Shown: piece by piece, positions 12,710-24,760 of the stretch
Layout: each line of letters starts with the position of its first letter
Position numbering within the stretch: position 1 is the first letter of the stretch
Assembly: GCA_964016885.1 (NCBI GenBank)
Contig: OZ024742.1
Coordinates: 19,344,001-19,408,000, forward strand
Length of the DNA: 64,000 bases
Reading direction: 5' to 3'
From: Eledone cirrhosa
Lineage: Eukaryota
Position numbers and translations under genes: made by a program
The notes under the pieces: model-generated
The model's input: only the letters and a program-made list of their open reading frames with translations
Databases searched by the model: none
Told to the model about the DNA's origin: nothing

Positions 12710-13772
12710 TATAATTGTTTCTACTTTTGGCACAAGGCCAGCAATTATCCCAGTGTATTACTGGTACTTTATTTTATCGACGCCGTAAGAATGAAAGGCA
12801 AAGTTAACCTCGGCGGGTTATGATCTGAGTTCAAATCCCGCCGAGGTTAATTTTGCCTTTCATCCTTACGGGGTCGATAAAATAAAGTACCAGTAATGTA
12901 GGGTATTTGCTGGCTTTGTGTCAAAAGTAGAAACAATTATAATAATGGTTTTTACTTTTGGCACAAGGCCAGTAATTACTCCAGTGCATTACTGGTACAT
13001 TATTTTATCGACCCCGTAAAGATGAAAGGCAAAGTTAACCTTGGCGGGATTTGAACTGAGAACGCAAAGGGCCGTAACTCAATGCCACGATGCATGTTAT
13101 CCGACGCTCTACAGATACTGTCAATCCACCAAATAGTTTAGTGATAATAATGGTTTCTGATTTAGGCACAAGGCCAGCAATTTTGGGGGAGGGGAAAGTT
13201 GATTAAATCAACCCCAGTGCTTGACTGGTACTTTATTTTATCGGACCCCGTAAGGATGAAAGGTAACACTAACCTCGGCAGGATTTGAACTCAACGTAAT
13301 GAGCCATAAGCTGTATGCTGCAAAGTATGGTGTCCGACGCTCTACCGATTCTGCCAACGAAATAATAATTGTTTCTACTTTTGGCACAAGGCCAGCAATT
13401 ATCTCAGTGTATTACTGGTACTTTATTTTATCGACCCCTTAAGGATGAAAGGCAAAGTTAACCTCTGCGGGATTTGAACTCAGACCATAAAAGGCCGTAA
13501 CTCTTTGCTGCAAAGCATGGCGTCAGACCCTCTACCGATACTGCCAATCATCTCTACTCTATATATTTTAGCTGCAATAGAAATATAATTGTTTCTACTT
13601 TTGGCCCAAGTCCAACAATTACTCAGTATATTACTGGTACTTTATTTTATCGACCCCGTAAGGAGGAAAGGCAAAGTTAACCTCGACGGGATTTGAACTC
13701 AGACCGTAAAGGGGCGTAACTATGCTGGAAAGCATGACGTCCGACCCTCTACTGATTCTGCCAATTCACCGC
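12710..13772. mobile_element. Cluster of six SINE copies (five minus, one plus)
   Basis: Cores at about 12760, 12870 (+), 12995, 13225, 13415 and 13635. Confidence 0.9.
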
Positions 13773-13854
13773 TGCAATAGAAATATGACAGATATAAGAT
13801 AAACAGCGACATAAGCGTGTCATAGTAAACTGTTTTATCACTGGGTATGTCTGT

Positions 13855-14065
13855 CGGTGAATTGGCAGAGTTATTAGAACGTCGGTGAATTGGCAGAGTT
13901 GTTAGAACGTCGGTGAATTGGTAGTGTTGTTAGAACGTTGGGTAGAATGGTTTGCGGTATTTCTTCAGATCTCTGCTCTCCCATTTCAAATTCCGCCGAG
14001 GTCAACTTTACCTTTCATCCATTCAAGATCGATAAAAAAAGTACCAGTATAGTACTGGGTTTGAT

Positions 14066-14109
<44 letters not shown>

Positions 14110-14275
14110 TTTTTATCTTCCCGTGGAAGAAATCTGCTGTAGTCAGGCCTGGAGAGGGATGGGCTCTGGCAGGTTTAAAAATACCCAAGAAACGCCGTAT
14201 GTTACTACGGCACCCCTACAGGACCATACCAAACCATGCTTGTCGTGACTTAACCGGTGCTGACGGTAAGCGCCT
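13855..14275 (+). mobile_element. Long-form SINE with triplicated 28-bp head and internal (CT)n(CA)n
   Basis: cggtgaattggcagagttgttagaacgt x3, then core, microsatellite and a tggaagaaatc..cccaagaaacgc extension. Confidence 0.8.
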
Positions 14276-14582
14276 TGGCGGAATACCCCTTTTCCGGTTC
14301 GGGGAAGGTAGTAAATCGATTAAATGTTTTTATCATTTCTATTTTCAATTTACATGGAAATTCGTATTTTCTGGCATCTTTACATATCTACATATTAGAA
14401 ATGCATATTTACATATATATATATATATCCACTTTTCTAAAAAAAACAAATCATACACAAAACGCCAGCACCAACAGTTTTGCAAGAGATGTCAACATGA
14501 ATGGACCTATTATTTTTATCTAAAGACATTTTTTCCGATTCCATCCCACCCGTCCCCTTAATCTATTTTATTTCTCATTCTT

Positions 14583-14618
14583 TTTTCTGATGAAGGACTA
14601 GCGTCCGAAACGTTAAGA
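14583..14618 (+). ncRNA. Minimal hammerhead ribozyme motif (PLE type)
   Basis: tttt CTGATGA aggac-tagc-gtcc GAAAC GTT aaga: short stem II and a palindromic AACGTT stem III. Confidence 0.6.
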
Positions 14619-14703
14619 CCCTCTGCCTGCTATATCAAGCGTTAGCCTAATATATACCTTCCATATACTGTACCGATTGTGTTGTTATTTCTGTTTACCT
14701 TTT

Positions 14704-14749
<46 letters not shown>

Positions 14750-14757
<8 letters not shown>

Positions 14758-16004
14758 TATTTGTGAAATGGGTGGTGGTTGAAATTCAGTTGTGCACGGT
14801 TAAATGGTAGTAGACGTGGTCGGACGGACATGAAAATGTAAAAGGTGCCAAGGAAGCAAATAGACGAGGTTTCAAATCTCTAACTTGAAAAATGTGGTCC
14901 CTAGGGCCCCAAAACCGTCTATTTACTATCGCGTTCGGTGAGTTATTTCCCCCTGTTCTAATACTTTCAATATTCATTGTCTTATTTACAAGTTCATACA
15001 CATTTTTAAACTCATCAATATCTTTCGCTGCGTTCTTTCGCTGTTAACATACAGTACCGTTTTATGAAATCGATTCTGCAGTACCATTTTACGAAATACC
15101 AAACCGAAAACGGACACTGTTTTCCATCAAAAGAAATAAAACCCTTAAATTGCGAAGAAGGGGGCATGTTCTCAAGTACGTTTTTTCCGATATCATTTTT
15201 ATTTTAATTCTAATACATGTTAACCACCACTAACAGTAAGTAGTATTTTTCAAAGTCAAATGAAAAGTTTAAAGTTTTCATTTTTCAATTACAGTTACTC
15301 TATATTAAATTTAAATACTTCTATAACGATCATACAGTACCGTTTTATGAACTTAATGAATGGGATCTATAAGCCCTTTGGTTGCCGAGTTAATGAATTC
15401 AGTTTATTTTTTAATATTCATTGTCTTATTTAAAATAACATATCAAAGACAACGTTATTTCGCTGTTAATAAACTGTTGCCTTCTAGACTAAGTTTCATT
15501 TTCATTTTTCAATTACAGTTGTTCTATATTAAATTTAAATACTTCTATAACGATCATACAGTACCGTTTTATGAAATCGATTCTGCTGTAGAATTTTACG
15601 AAATGCCAAACCGAAAAAGGTCACTGTTTTCTAACAAAAGAAATAAAACCCTTACATTGCGAACCCCTTGTTCTAATACTGGGGTTAGTTATTTCCCCCT
15701 CTTCTAATAAACGTCTAATATATAGAGGCCCCACTTGCTGACTAGGGCAATCAAAGTGTAAACTATCATACAAACCTTCATAATATGCATTTTTAAACTT
15801 GCATATCATCGACATTGCTATTTCGCTGTTAATAAACAACGCTTTTCACGTCGCTCCACTTCTCATTGTACGCCGTTCAGCCCCAAGTGCATATTTCTAT
15901 TTATTTTCCTGATACTGCTTCTTTATAATAAACTTTCAATAATATTTTTCAAACTATTAACTTAATAAAAAGTGGCCCCGGGTGCAACCGGGCTCAGCTG
16001 CTAG
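14750..16004 (+). mobile_element. Non-autonomous Helitron-like element with internal tandem duplications
   Basis: 3' hairpin cccgggtgcaaccggg and CTAG|T end at 16001-16005. Repeated catacagtaccgttttatgaa blocks. The 5' end merges with (TA)n and is approximate. Confidence 0.65.
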
Positions 16005-16789
16005 TATATATATATATATATAATAGAAGTTGCTTTATAAGTCCAAAGCCTATTAGAGTCGACTTAACCGTTTCCAATGTCGATAAAATATAGTATCAGT
16101 GAAATACTGGTGTCAATGTAATCGACTAACACTTCCTCTCCTAATGTCTGGCCTTGTGCTTATTGTTAGAAACAAACATGACAAACCTGTCAGGAAAGGT
16201 AAAAAATACAAAGTACAAACAATAATAAATAAAACATCATTACTCTCCAGAAAATAAATATCATCCAAGGGGAAGACGAGCAAAATGTCCAAACTTAAAC
16301 CGGCCCCTATCTTTATGATTACTACGGTGGTTTGTCCTGCTTGTGGACTGTCCATTTATTCAATGATGACATTGCTTCTCTCCGTCAGATATCTTTACCA
16401 CATCTCTGATGAAAAGACTAATGTGATATAAGTCCAATATGTGAAAAACAGGTCCAGGGATAAGTCTTGACCACACCTAATGAGTACACAGATGTGATAT
16501 AAGTCCAATATGTGGAAGAGAGATGCAGTGGCAAGATAAACATGGATATAAAACCACATTGTTACTGTTAGATGACCAATGTGGCCTAGATGCACTTCAC
16601 CCATCCCCTTGTGTGTTTAGTTTCAAACTGTTCCACACCATCATATACAACTCTCTTCACACCTTCCATTCCAGAGCGAGTCCTTTAAGATCCTTGGCAG
16701 TAATTGCACAGGCTGAAGCCAATAAAAGAATGTAAAAAGTGTATGAGATAGTTTTGTGCATTCTAGACACACATTAAAAACATTGAACG

Positions 16790-17620
16790 TTTTAAAATTA
16801 AGTTTATCCCACGATGATGTTTTAGTAATCTCTTGCCATACGAACAGCTATTATCTAGATATAAATAGAAAAAATTTGATAGAAACGTTCAAAGCATTTA
16901 ATTTAGCGATTACTATGAAGGCTAATATAATTATCGTAAACCTTCTAGTCATAACATTATATTTAAAGATTGGCAAATACCACCCATACAGAAAACCTAA
17001 TGAAATCTTATATTACATTAACATACAGTCTAACCCTTCTTGATTGTTGTAAACATTTAGTCAAAAACATTAACAAATGAATCTAAAAGAGGCATTCAGA
17101 TTATTACAATGATGCCTTCAAATAAGGGAAATCTAAAAATAAAATGAAATATAGACAAAATATAGAAAACAAAGATAGAAAATTAATTTGTTTCAATCCC
17201 CACTGCAAGTTTAAATGTCTCGTCCAGTGTATAGCCGCAAGCTTTCTATATCTTTTTCACAAACACTTCCCTCGTGATGAACTTAATCGTAGGCTTTTCA
17301 ATAAAAAATAACAGTAAATGCAGATAGTACCAAAAACTGGGCTACTGCCTTAGCTACATTTTATAAGAGCAAGTCCACATATTTTAATATCACACGTTTA
17401 CCACATCGTTGCAAATGCAGTAGTTTCACATCTTGTTATTTTTTTATATATACGATGTCTCACAAAGGCACTTGTGTACCATGCAAAGGTGGCCTCTTAG
17501 ACGGTACTTAGACGGAAAAAAATATGTTGGCATTAATGAAAACACTTGAAAGAATAGATATACAGATATTATATATTTCTTCTGATGTATTTACAAACAA
17601 AATACTCAATCTCTCAATAA
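16790..17620 (+). pseudogene. Highly degenerate Naiad-type PLE (RT thumb to GIY-YIG)
   Basis: HDDVL..F..AIT..N..VNLL.ITL.L..GKYHPYRKPN..YINIQSN, then RKLICFNP, KHFP, CLTKALVYHAKV and KYVG, broken by stops and frameshifts. Confidence 0.7.
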
Positions 17621-18279
17621 TCAAGAAAAAACATTTTTTTTTTAAATTCTAAACAATCGGGCATACTCGGACAACATACTGCCGAGCTCCTCCGCTAGAA
17701 CGGAACGTCAGCAGCCTGTCTGAGGAAGGAGCCCTGCGAGGTGGGGTGGCCGTTGCAGTGGATGTCACTGGCCATTGACCGCAGAAGTGCTTTTGCAGTC
17801 TTGTCTGTGGCCCTATAGCCGTTGCTTTTCCCTTCATTTTCCGCTTTTAAATATTTGTAGTGTTTTTATAATCACTTTATAGTAATTCATTCAATCAATT
17901 ACTCGAAATGAATTTCATGTTCAAATAAAGAATGTTCTCTCAATATATCTGGGATATAAGGAACAGACATGCAGACAACTTCAGAATCAATTGATCCATC
18001 GTTGAACCTTCTACACTATATATTGTCAGCTCTCATATATGTAAGTTTTATTTATCAAAAACATCTCAAAATTGAAAGCTGATCAGCAACATATTTAATA
18101 GGTTTGAGCGATCTCTAATTGTTCCCTTTAAAACAGTTGAACTGTTGCAGCAGTTTAAACTGCCTTCTGGTTAGCATTGCAAGATTTAGTTCCAGTGACT
18201 CCGTGGTTTCATTACATTTTATACACAGGTTTCATATTTACATATACACAACGACTGTTATGATACAAGTATGGTATGG

Positions 18280-18699
18280 TATAGTATGGTCCCGCAACTC
18301 CTGGGGGAGTCGGAGGGGTACCTCCAGGTCTGAATACAGCAGATTTCTTCCACAGAAGGATAAAGTGAGTGAGAGAATAGAAGTGAGAAAGAGATATAGA
18401 GGAAGAATCAACCCCAGTACTAGACTGGTACTTTTTTATCGACCTCGAATGGATGAAAGGAAAAGTTGACCTCAGAATGATTTGAACTCAGAGAGTAGAA
18501 AATCAAAACAAATACCGCAAAGCAATCTATTCGACGCTCGAACGACTCTGCCAGTTCTCCACCTTCTAGAGGTTAGCTTTGCCTTTCATCCTTACGGGGT
18601 CGATAAAATAAAGTACCAGTCACGCACTGGGGTCGATTTAATCGACTGTCCCCTCCCCTTCAAATTGCTGGCCTTGTGCCTAAAGTAAAAACAATTATA
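18280..18699. mobile_element. Two SINE copies, minus long form then plus 3' half
   Basis: ctggtacttttttatcgac..tttgaactcag on minus, then gaggttagctttgcctttcatccttacggggtcg on plus. Confidence 0.8.
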
Positions 18700-19599
18700 A
18701 TTTCATGTAAGAAACTATCGTTTCAAACACCAGTTTAGGAATACATCACACTTCCTCGTTATTAAACCTCTCCAAATTCTTGATAACTTACAAAATCATC
18801 GACAGTATTATTCATTAGAAATATGGTAACGTAAAGATTAAACTTACCTTTCTAAGACACATAATAGATTGCTATTACAATGAAATAGACTCTCTCCTAT
18901 AAACAGCAAGTTTGAGACCTCAATATTAAGCCTGTGTGTTTGGATTTATGTGTGTGTGAATGTGTGTTTGTATTTATGTGTCTGTGAATGTGTGTGTTTC
19001 TGTCCGCGTGTCTACATTTGTGCGATTGAAATCGTTTTCACGTTGGAATACTTATTCCATTCTTACTAGTCTCGCTTACCCACCCCACCTTATCCCACCT
19101 CACCCCACCTTGCTATGACTCTACAATATTCCCATTGGAAACATTACTGTCAAACTAATGGATCATGTTGTACCAATAATGTATTCAAATCTAGGAGGAC
19201 AAATAGTTTCCAAACATTGACAATATCAACATATAAACAGATACATATTATTTGAGGAAACTTCTCCTTTACTCCAGCATTCTGTAGTCTTTTTCTGTTC
19301 ACCTTCTGGAAGTTATTTCAGTAAAGTTCCTTCTAGAAACATTAGAAATAAAGGAATGCTGGAAGAGAATAACAGGGTGGTAGAGGCAGCAGTACAGTGT
19401 TGTCAGTGCTGCTTCAGATCTTCTATAAATGTCACTTCCAAAATACAAATTTTGGAGATTCTCCATTTCGGGGGTTTTATAGAAATTTAGTGTTTACTTT
19501 ATCAAATTTAAAAGTTAGATTTTCTGGGCGAAGGTTTTATTTATTTTTAATAGAAAGGATAAATTGATTAAATATTAGTCATAATCCATGATTTTTAGG

Positions 19600-20035
19600 G
19601 ACATTGAAAGGCTTGACATGACCTTAATGCCTGCGGAGTTTTGAGGTGGCGTGCAGTGTGCGGGTAACCGGCTCCACCCTTTACACCTGGGGTTCGTCTG
19701 CCGTGGGCATACACGCTGGGACTGTGACAGCGAGGTCCACATGTCGTTTTATTATAGAGTCTCCTTCTCCTAGGCAGTTGCCAACCAAGTCTAAGGAGTC
19801 TGCCTCTCATGTAACACTAAAAAAAAAAAAAAACGAAAAACCTTTTTTGATGCCGTTAACTCTACTGAGTTCTTCCGCCCTTTGCCAGGTTTTGTTTTGC
19901 ATCCCTCAAGGTATTCAACAAATCAACCACCCCACCAAGCTAGCTTGGTGGGGTGGCCGGTTTAGTCGCCGAAGACCTGACCATGAGACAGGTTGTACTG
20001 AGTTACATGTTACCAGTAGCACTCGAGAGCAACCT
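19600..20035 (-). mobile_element. GC-rich structured segment resembling an RTE-type LINE 5' UTR
   Basis: Minus strand carries ggcaactgcctaggagaaggagactct, a motif recalled from RTE 5' UTRs. A related motif occurs at about 40000-40045. Perfect 30-bp palindrome at 19927-19956. Confidence 0.45.
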
Positions 20036-20732
20036 GAGATAAAACCCATGATTAGGACAGGTATAACACTATATAAACTCGATTAAAAACATTCTAATTT
20101 CATATTTCGTGTACTGGGGTATTTTACTCGATTTTTCTCATGTTATTTATAATGAATGACTATAGTTATACTCATTTACGTTGGGACAACTACAGTTCAA
20201 ATGTTCCCCCTATTAAGGCGACCGGATATATTTAGCTTCTCATAGAGAAATTGTTTCACAATATTGCACTTCCTTGTCGCCAATAGAATTTAATAAAATT
20301 AACGTCTGCATATCAATAAGGTCTCTCCCTTTCTCTGCATGTCCCTCTCTGTCCTTCTGTCTCTGGCCTTCTCTGTTCCTGTTACTCGCTTTCTGTCTGT
20401 CCCCTCTCCCTCTCTCGATGAGCTACATGCTGTCATAGGAAAACATGACAGAATTAAGAAAACCTGTTGTGATTTTCTCACTGAACAAAATTAATGAAAT
20501 ATGTTGTTGAAAGTTAAGTAATGTTATTTCTGATTGTAATACTAGTTAACTAACCAGATTAGATGAACTGGTGTTTCTGTATATACATTAAAGTATATAT
20601 ATATATATATATATAATTTGCTCCGAACTGATCCAGAGTCTAAATACCTATTAGAAACCGCAGGGCTTACATGAATTATACACATATATATATATATATA
20701 TTCGTGTGTGTATATATGTGTATGTATGTGTG

Positions 20733-20769
<37 letters not shown>

Positions 20770-20806
20770 ATTTTAGTATACATTTTTGTATGTAGTGTAT
20801 GTATGA

Positions 20807-20838
<32 letters not shown>

Positions 20839-20842
<4 letters not shown>

Positions 20843-21073
20843 ATAATAATAAATTTGAAGACTAAAATCCAAAGAGGGCTCGATAAGGATAAATATATAT
20901 CAAATATATAAGAATCGTAGAGCAAATATTTATTAAAATAACAGATTAAAGTTTAAGCAGAGAATCGCTGCTTTCACCCTTAATGGGATCTTCTGAAACT
21001 CAGTTTCAGAAGATCCCGTTAAGGGTGAAAGCAGCAATTCTTTGCTTAAACTTTAATCCGTTATTTTAATAAA
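20839..21073. mobile_element. PLE-type fold-back element D
   Basis: Arms 20929-21000 and 21002-21073 (gaaact-c-agtttc), with a hammerhead-like CAGAAGA tccc..gggt GAAA beside the turn. Tail 20839-20928. A second copy lies at 29550-29727. Confidence 0.75.
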
Positions 21074-21074
21074 A

Positions 21075-21524
21075 ATATATATATACAATATATTAACAAA
21101 TGGAAACTATATTTATAAAGCCATATTTATTTTATTATACATATTTCAAGCGCCACCAAGGCAAATTATGATGCGCTTTTATCAGATAAAATACAATACA
21201 GATTAGTTTTATAAATAAATATTGACATACCCTGAAAAAAGACAACCTATCCAGGAAGCTCCAACCGTTAAGGTTGTCTTTTTTCAGGGTATGTCAATAT
21301 TTATTTATAAAACTAATCTGTATAGTATTTTATCTGATGAAAGCGCACCATAATTTGCCTCAGTGGCCCTTGAAATATGTATAATAAAATAAATATGGCT
21401 TTATAAATATAGTTTCCATTTGTTAATATATTGTATATTTACTCCAATAATTTGTTGAGTGCTTTATATCAGTTATAAAAATATTTTTAAGCTTGTTGTA
21501 TCCCAACAAATTAAATATAACCTC

Positions 21525-21527
<3 letters not shown>
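21075..21527. mobile_element. PLE-type fold-back element E
   Basis: Arms about 21078-21248 and 21271-21440 with a 22-bp spacer. Tail 21441-21527, then (TA)n. Confidence 0.8.
21328..21389 (+). ncRNA. Hammerhead ribozyme motif
   Basis: ttttat CTGATGA aagcgcac..gtggccctt GAAA tatgta TA ataaaa. 6-bp stem I and a near-palindromic stem III. Confidence 0.65.
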
Positions 21528-21560
<33 letters not shown>

Positions 21561-21804
21561 GTATGTATGTTTAGAAAGATATTTAAAGTCACCTTACATA
21601 CAATTGTTGCAACAGTGATAACAAGTCCCCAGCTGGAAATCTGTATTTTTCTTTAATTTACCAATTACTCCAAGACATCTATGTGGCACCACGTCACGTG
21701 ACTTTATTGTAGTCCCCTAGAATTGTTTTTAGCCTACATTTTACTACAGCTAATTGTTAAATCAAACAATTGCTGCAAGTAAATGTGCAATATTTAGCTG
21801 TTAA

Positions 21805-21839
<35 letters not shown>

Positions 21840-21962
21840 CACCCCACCCCCTCCCCTCCATAACTGTCCTACAATATGTATAATACTTGGGTCGGGGTAT
21901 GCAGCATAGATTCAATACAACCGACTAGATTTCAATTTCTGAGGTTTATATATAGATATCTG

Positions 21963-22302
21963 CTCTCGGGTTCCAGATAATATGGGTGGGGGCTTGAAAT
22001 AAGTGAGGAGTGCGGCGGTAAATGGGTAATTTTTCTAGGTTATCTCTGTTGATTTTTAAAAAAAACAGAATTAGTCGTTTAGTTTACATATTGAGACCCT
22101 TAACCTATCCTATTTATTTTCTAGTAAATGTCTTTTTTTTTTGTCATGTATAATGTTTTTATTGTCTAAAGAAAATTAATTGTCGCAGGAATGCTACCAA
22201 TAAAATTAGCAACATTTAATAAGCGGTGAGGGGTGATAAGAGCGAGGGGGGGGGGTCTGAAACATTATTAAGCGAGGGAGACCATTATTCGAGACCCGAG
22301 AG
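21963..22302. mobile_element. MITE, TIR ctctcgggt..acccgagag, TA target (Tc1/mariner-like)
   Basis: Same family as 27182-27563 and 45293-45947. Confidence 0.75.
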
Positions 22303-22504
22303 TACTTTGTAAGAATTTATGAAGAATTCTATACCAACCCGGCCAAAAGCGACTCTGGTTTTATGAAACAAAACCACCCATGTTAAAGGGCTTTTATTTG
22401 AATTAATATCTTCCAACATAATATAAGAACCATATGTTAAGTTATCTTTTTTAATACGTACGACAAGATCCCAGACCATATTCGTTTACTGAGCGGGATG
22501 GAAC

Positions 22505-22620
22505 TTGTCAGATCGGACCAAGGAAACAATGTTTCCATTGGTCTTTTCAATTGCTAATACTATCTTCTGGTCGCAACTCCTGGCAGAAGGAGCAACCATG
22601 ATATAAAGTGACTTTCACTT
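22505..22620 (-). mobile_element. CORE-like SINE fragment
   Basis: gtcagatcggaccaaggaaacaatgtttcc..gtcgcaactcc..ggagcaac matches 60461-60565 and 32205-32322. Confidence 0.7.
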
Positions 22621-22752
22621 CAGTAATTAACTGAAAATGAATGTATTTCAATCAAACTATGGTCAGGAAAGAGTTACAGATAATTTGGTAAATATGACAT
22701 GGAATTGGAACTCAAAATTGAAGTTGGAATATTTCTATGCTCTCCTCTAATC

Positions 22753-22993
22753 CAGGCATGTCAAACTCAGGGGCCCTCGAGGGCATATGGGCCACATATG
22801 TGTTATCTGAGGCCACACATTACAACTAATTGCGCACATTACAACAATTTTTTTATTTCATATTACGAAGATAAAACATTTTCCCGCTGCAAAAACCTTT
22901 GTGCGGGGCGCAGGTGTGCTTGTAAAGGGCCGCAGGTGTGCTTGTAAAGGGCCGCAAGTGTGCTTGTAAAGGGCCGCATGTTTGACATGCCTG
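22753..22993. mobile_element. hAT-superfamily MITE
   Basis: 14-bp TIR caggcatgtcaaac / gtttgacatgcctg, perfect 8-bp TSD ctctaatc, internal 21-bp repeats gggccgcaggtgtgcttgtaa. Confidence 0.92.
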
Positions 22994-23109
22994 CTCTAAT
23001 CTATACTCAGAAGTAAGAAAATATATATTTCTAGCATTTGTTTACTTTATTTAAAAGTCCAGTGTAACAAGGCCACCGTTTTTTCCCTGGAAAATATCGT
23101 TATTTCCAC

Positions 23110-24150
23110 TTTCCAAGCTATGCAAACTCATGTCCCTTTCGAAACCTCACAGGCTCATATCCCTTTCTATAATACACAAACTCCTGTCCCTTCTCTATGA
23201 AACGCAGGCGCATGGTGCCATTCCATGATACACAGACTCCTGCCCCTTTTCCATGCGAGGTAGGCTCGCGTCCCATCCTATGCTACACAGGTTGATGTCC
23301 ACTTTCTATGCTACACAGATTCCTGCCCATTTTCCATGCTAGGTAGGCTCCGTCCCATTCCATGCTACACAGACTCTTGCTCATGGCCTCTTCTCCATGC
23401 TAGGCAGACTCCTGCCCTTCTCCATACTACCAGACCCATGGTCCCTTCTCCATGCTAGGCAGACTCCTGTCCTTCCCCATCCTACACAGACTCCTGCCCT
23501 TCTCCATGCTAGGCAAGCTCATGTCCCACTCCATGATATACAGACCCATGGTCCCTTCTCCAAGCTACACAGACCCATGATCCCTTCTCCATGCTACACA
23601 GACCGACGGTCTCTTCTCCATGCTACACAGATCCATGGTCCCTTCTCCAAGCAACACAGACCCACGGTCTCTTCTCCAAGCTACACATACCCATGGTCCC
23701 TTCTCCATGCTACACAGACCCACGGTCCCTTCTCCAAGCTACACATACCCATGGTCCCTTCTCCATGCTACACAGACCCATGGTCCCTTCTCCATGCTAC
23801 ACAGACCCACGGTCCCTTCTCCAAGCTACACATACCCATGTCCCTTCTCCATGCTACACAGACCCATGGTCCCTTCTCCATGCTACACAGACCCACGGTC
23901 CCTTCTCCAAGCTACACAGACTCATGGTCCCTTCTCCAAGCAACACAGACCCACGGTCCCTTCTCCATGCTATACAGACCCATGGTCCCTTCTCCATGCT
24001 ACACAGACCCACGGTCCCTTCTCCAAGCTACACAGACCCACGGTCCCTTCTCCAAGCAACACAGACCCACGGTCCCTTCTCCAAGCTACACAGATCCATG
24101 GTCCCTTCTCCATGCTACACAGACCCATGGTCCCTTCTCCAAGCTATACA
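23110..24150. repeat. 29-bp minisatellite gacccayggtcccttctccawgctacaca
   Basis: Directly visible. Degenerate on the left, homogeneous on the right. Confidence 0.95.
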
Positions 24151-24416
24151 AGCTTATTTCCCGATATTTTGTCAGACTCTATCAATATTTATATTTACAT
24201 CAGTCGTGTTCTGCTTATCTCCCGTTCTATCCATCATAAACACCATTTATCGCTTTATCTTATCATTTTCTCAGTGACATCGCCGTATTCACCCTCCCTT
24301 CATCGTCACGTGTGTGTTTGTGTGTATATATATATTTATATACCTATATGTTTATGTATATGTGTATGCATATTTATATGTATATATATATATATATATG
24401 TGTGTGTATGTTTATG

Positions 24417-24447
<31 letters not shown>

Positions 24448-24465
24448 CTGTGTGTATGTATATCT

Positions 24466-24501
<36 letters not shown>

Positions 24502-24760
24502 TCAGGCATGTGCTACTGGTGGGGTGTGTATTTTCATCCTAAATCAACACAAATTCCAAGTAAACCAACACATATCCACACACACACACCCCGCACTCCT
24601 CCTTCCCCAACCAGAGAACACCATTGCTACACCATCACATAAAATACCATTCACCTCATTAACCCCATCCCCTAGCCCCCCATCCCCCACATCATTCGCT
24701 AAGATGTTGCGCTGCGACCTATCTACTGTTTCTTTCTTCATCTAATGTGTTTATCAAGAT

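Noticed and set aside
23397-24642. 280/228/340-aa repetitive ORFs
   Set aside because: Translations of a 29-bp minisatellite and microsatellites, with no splice or domain support.
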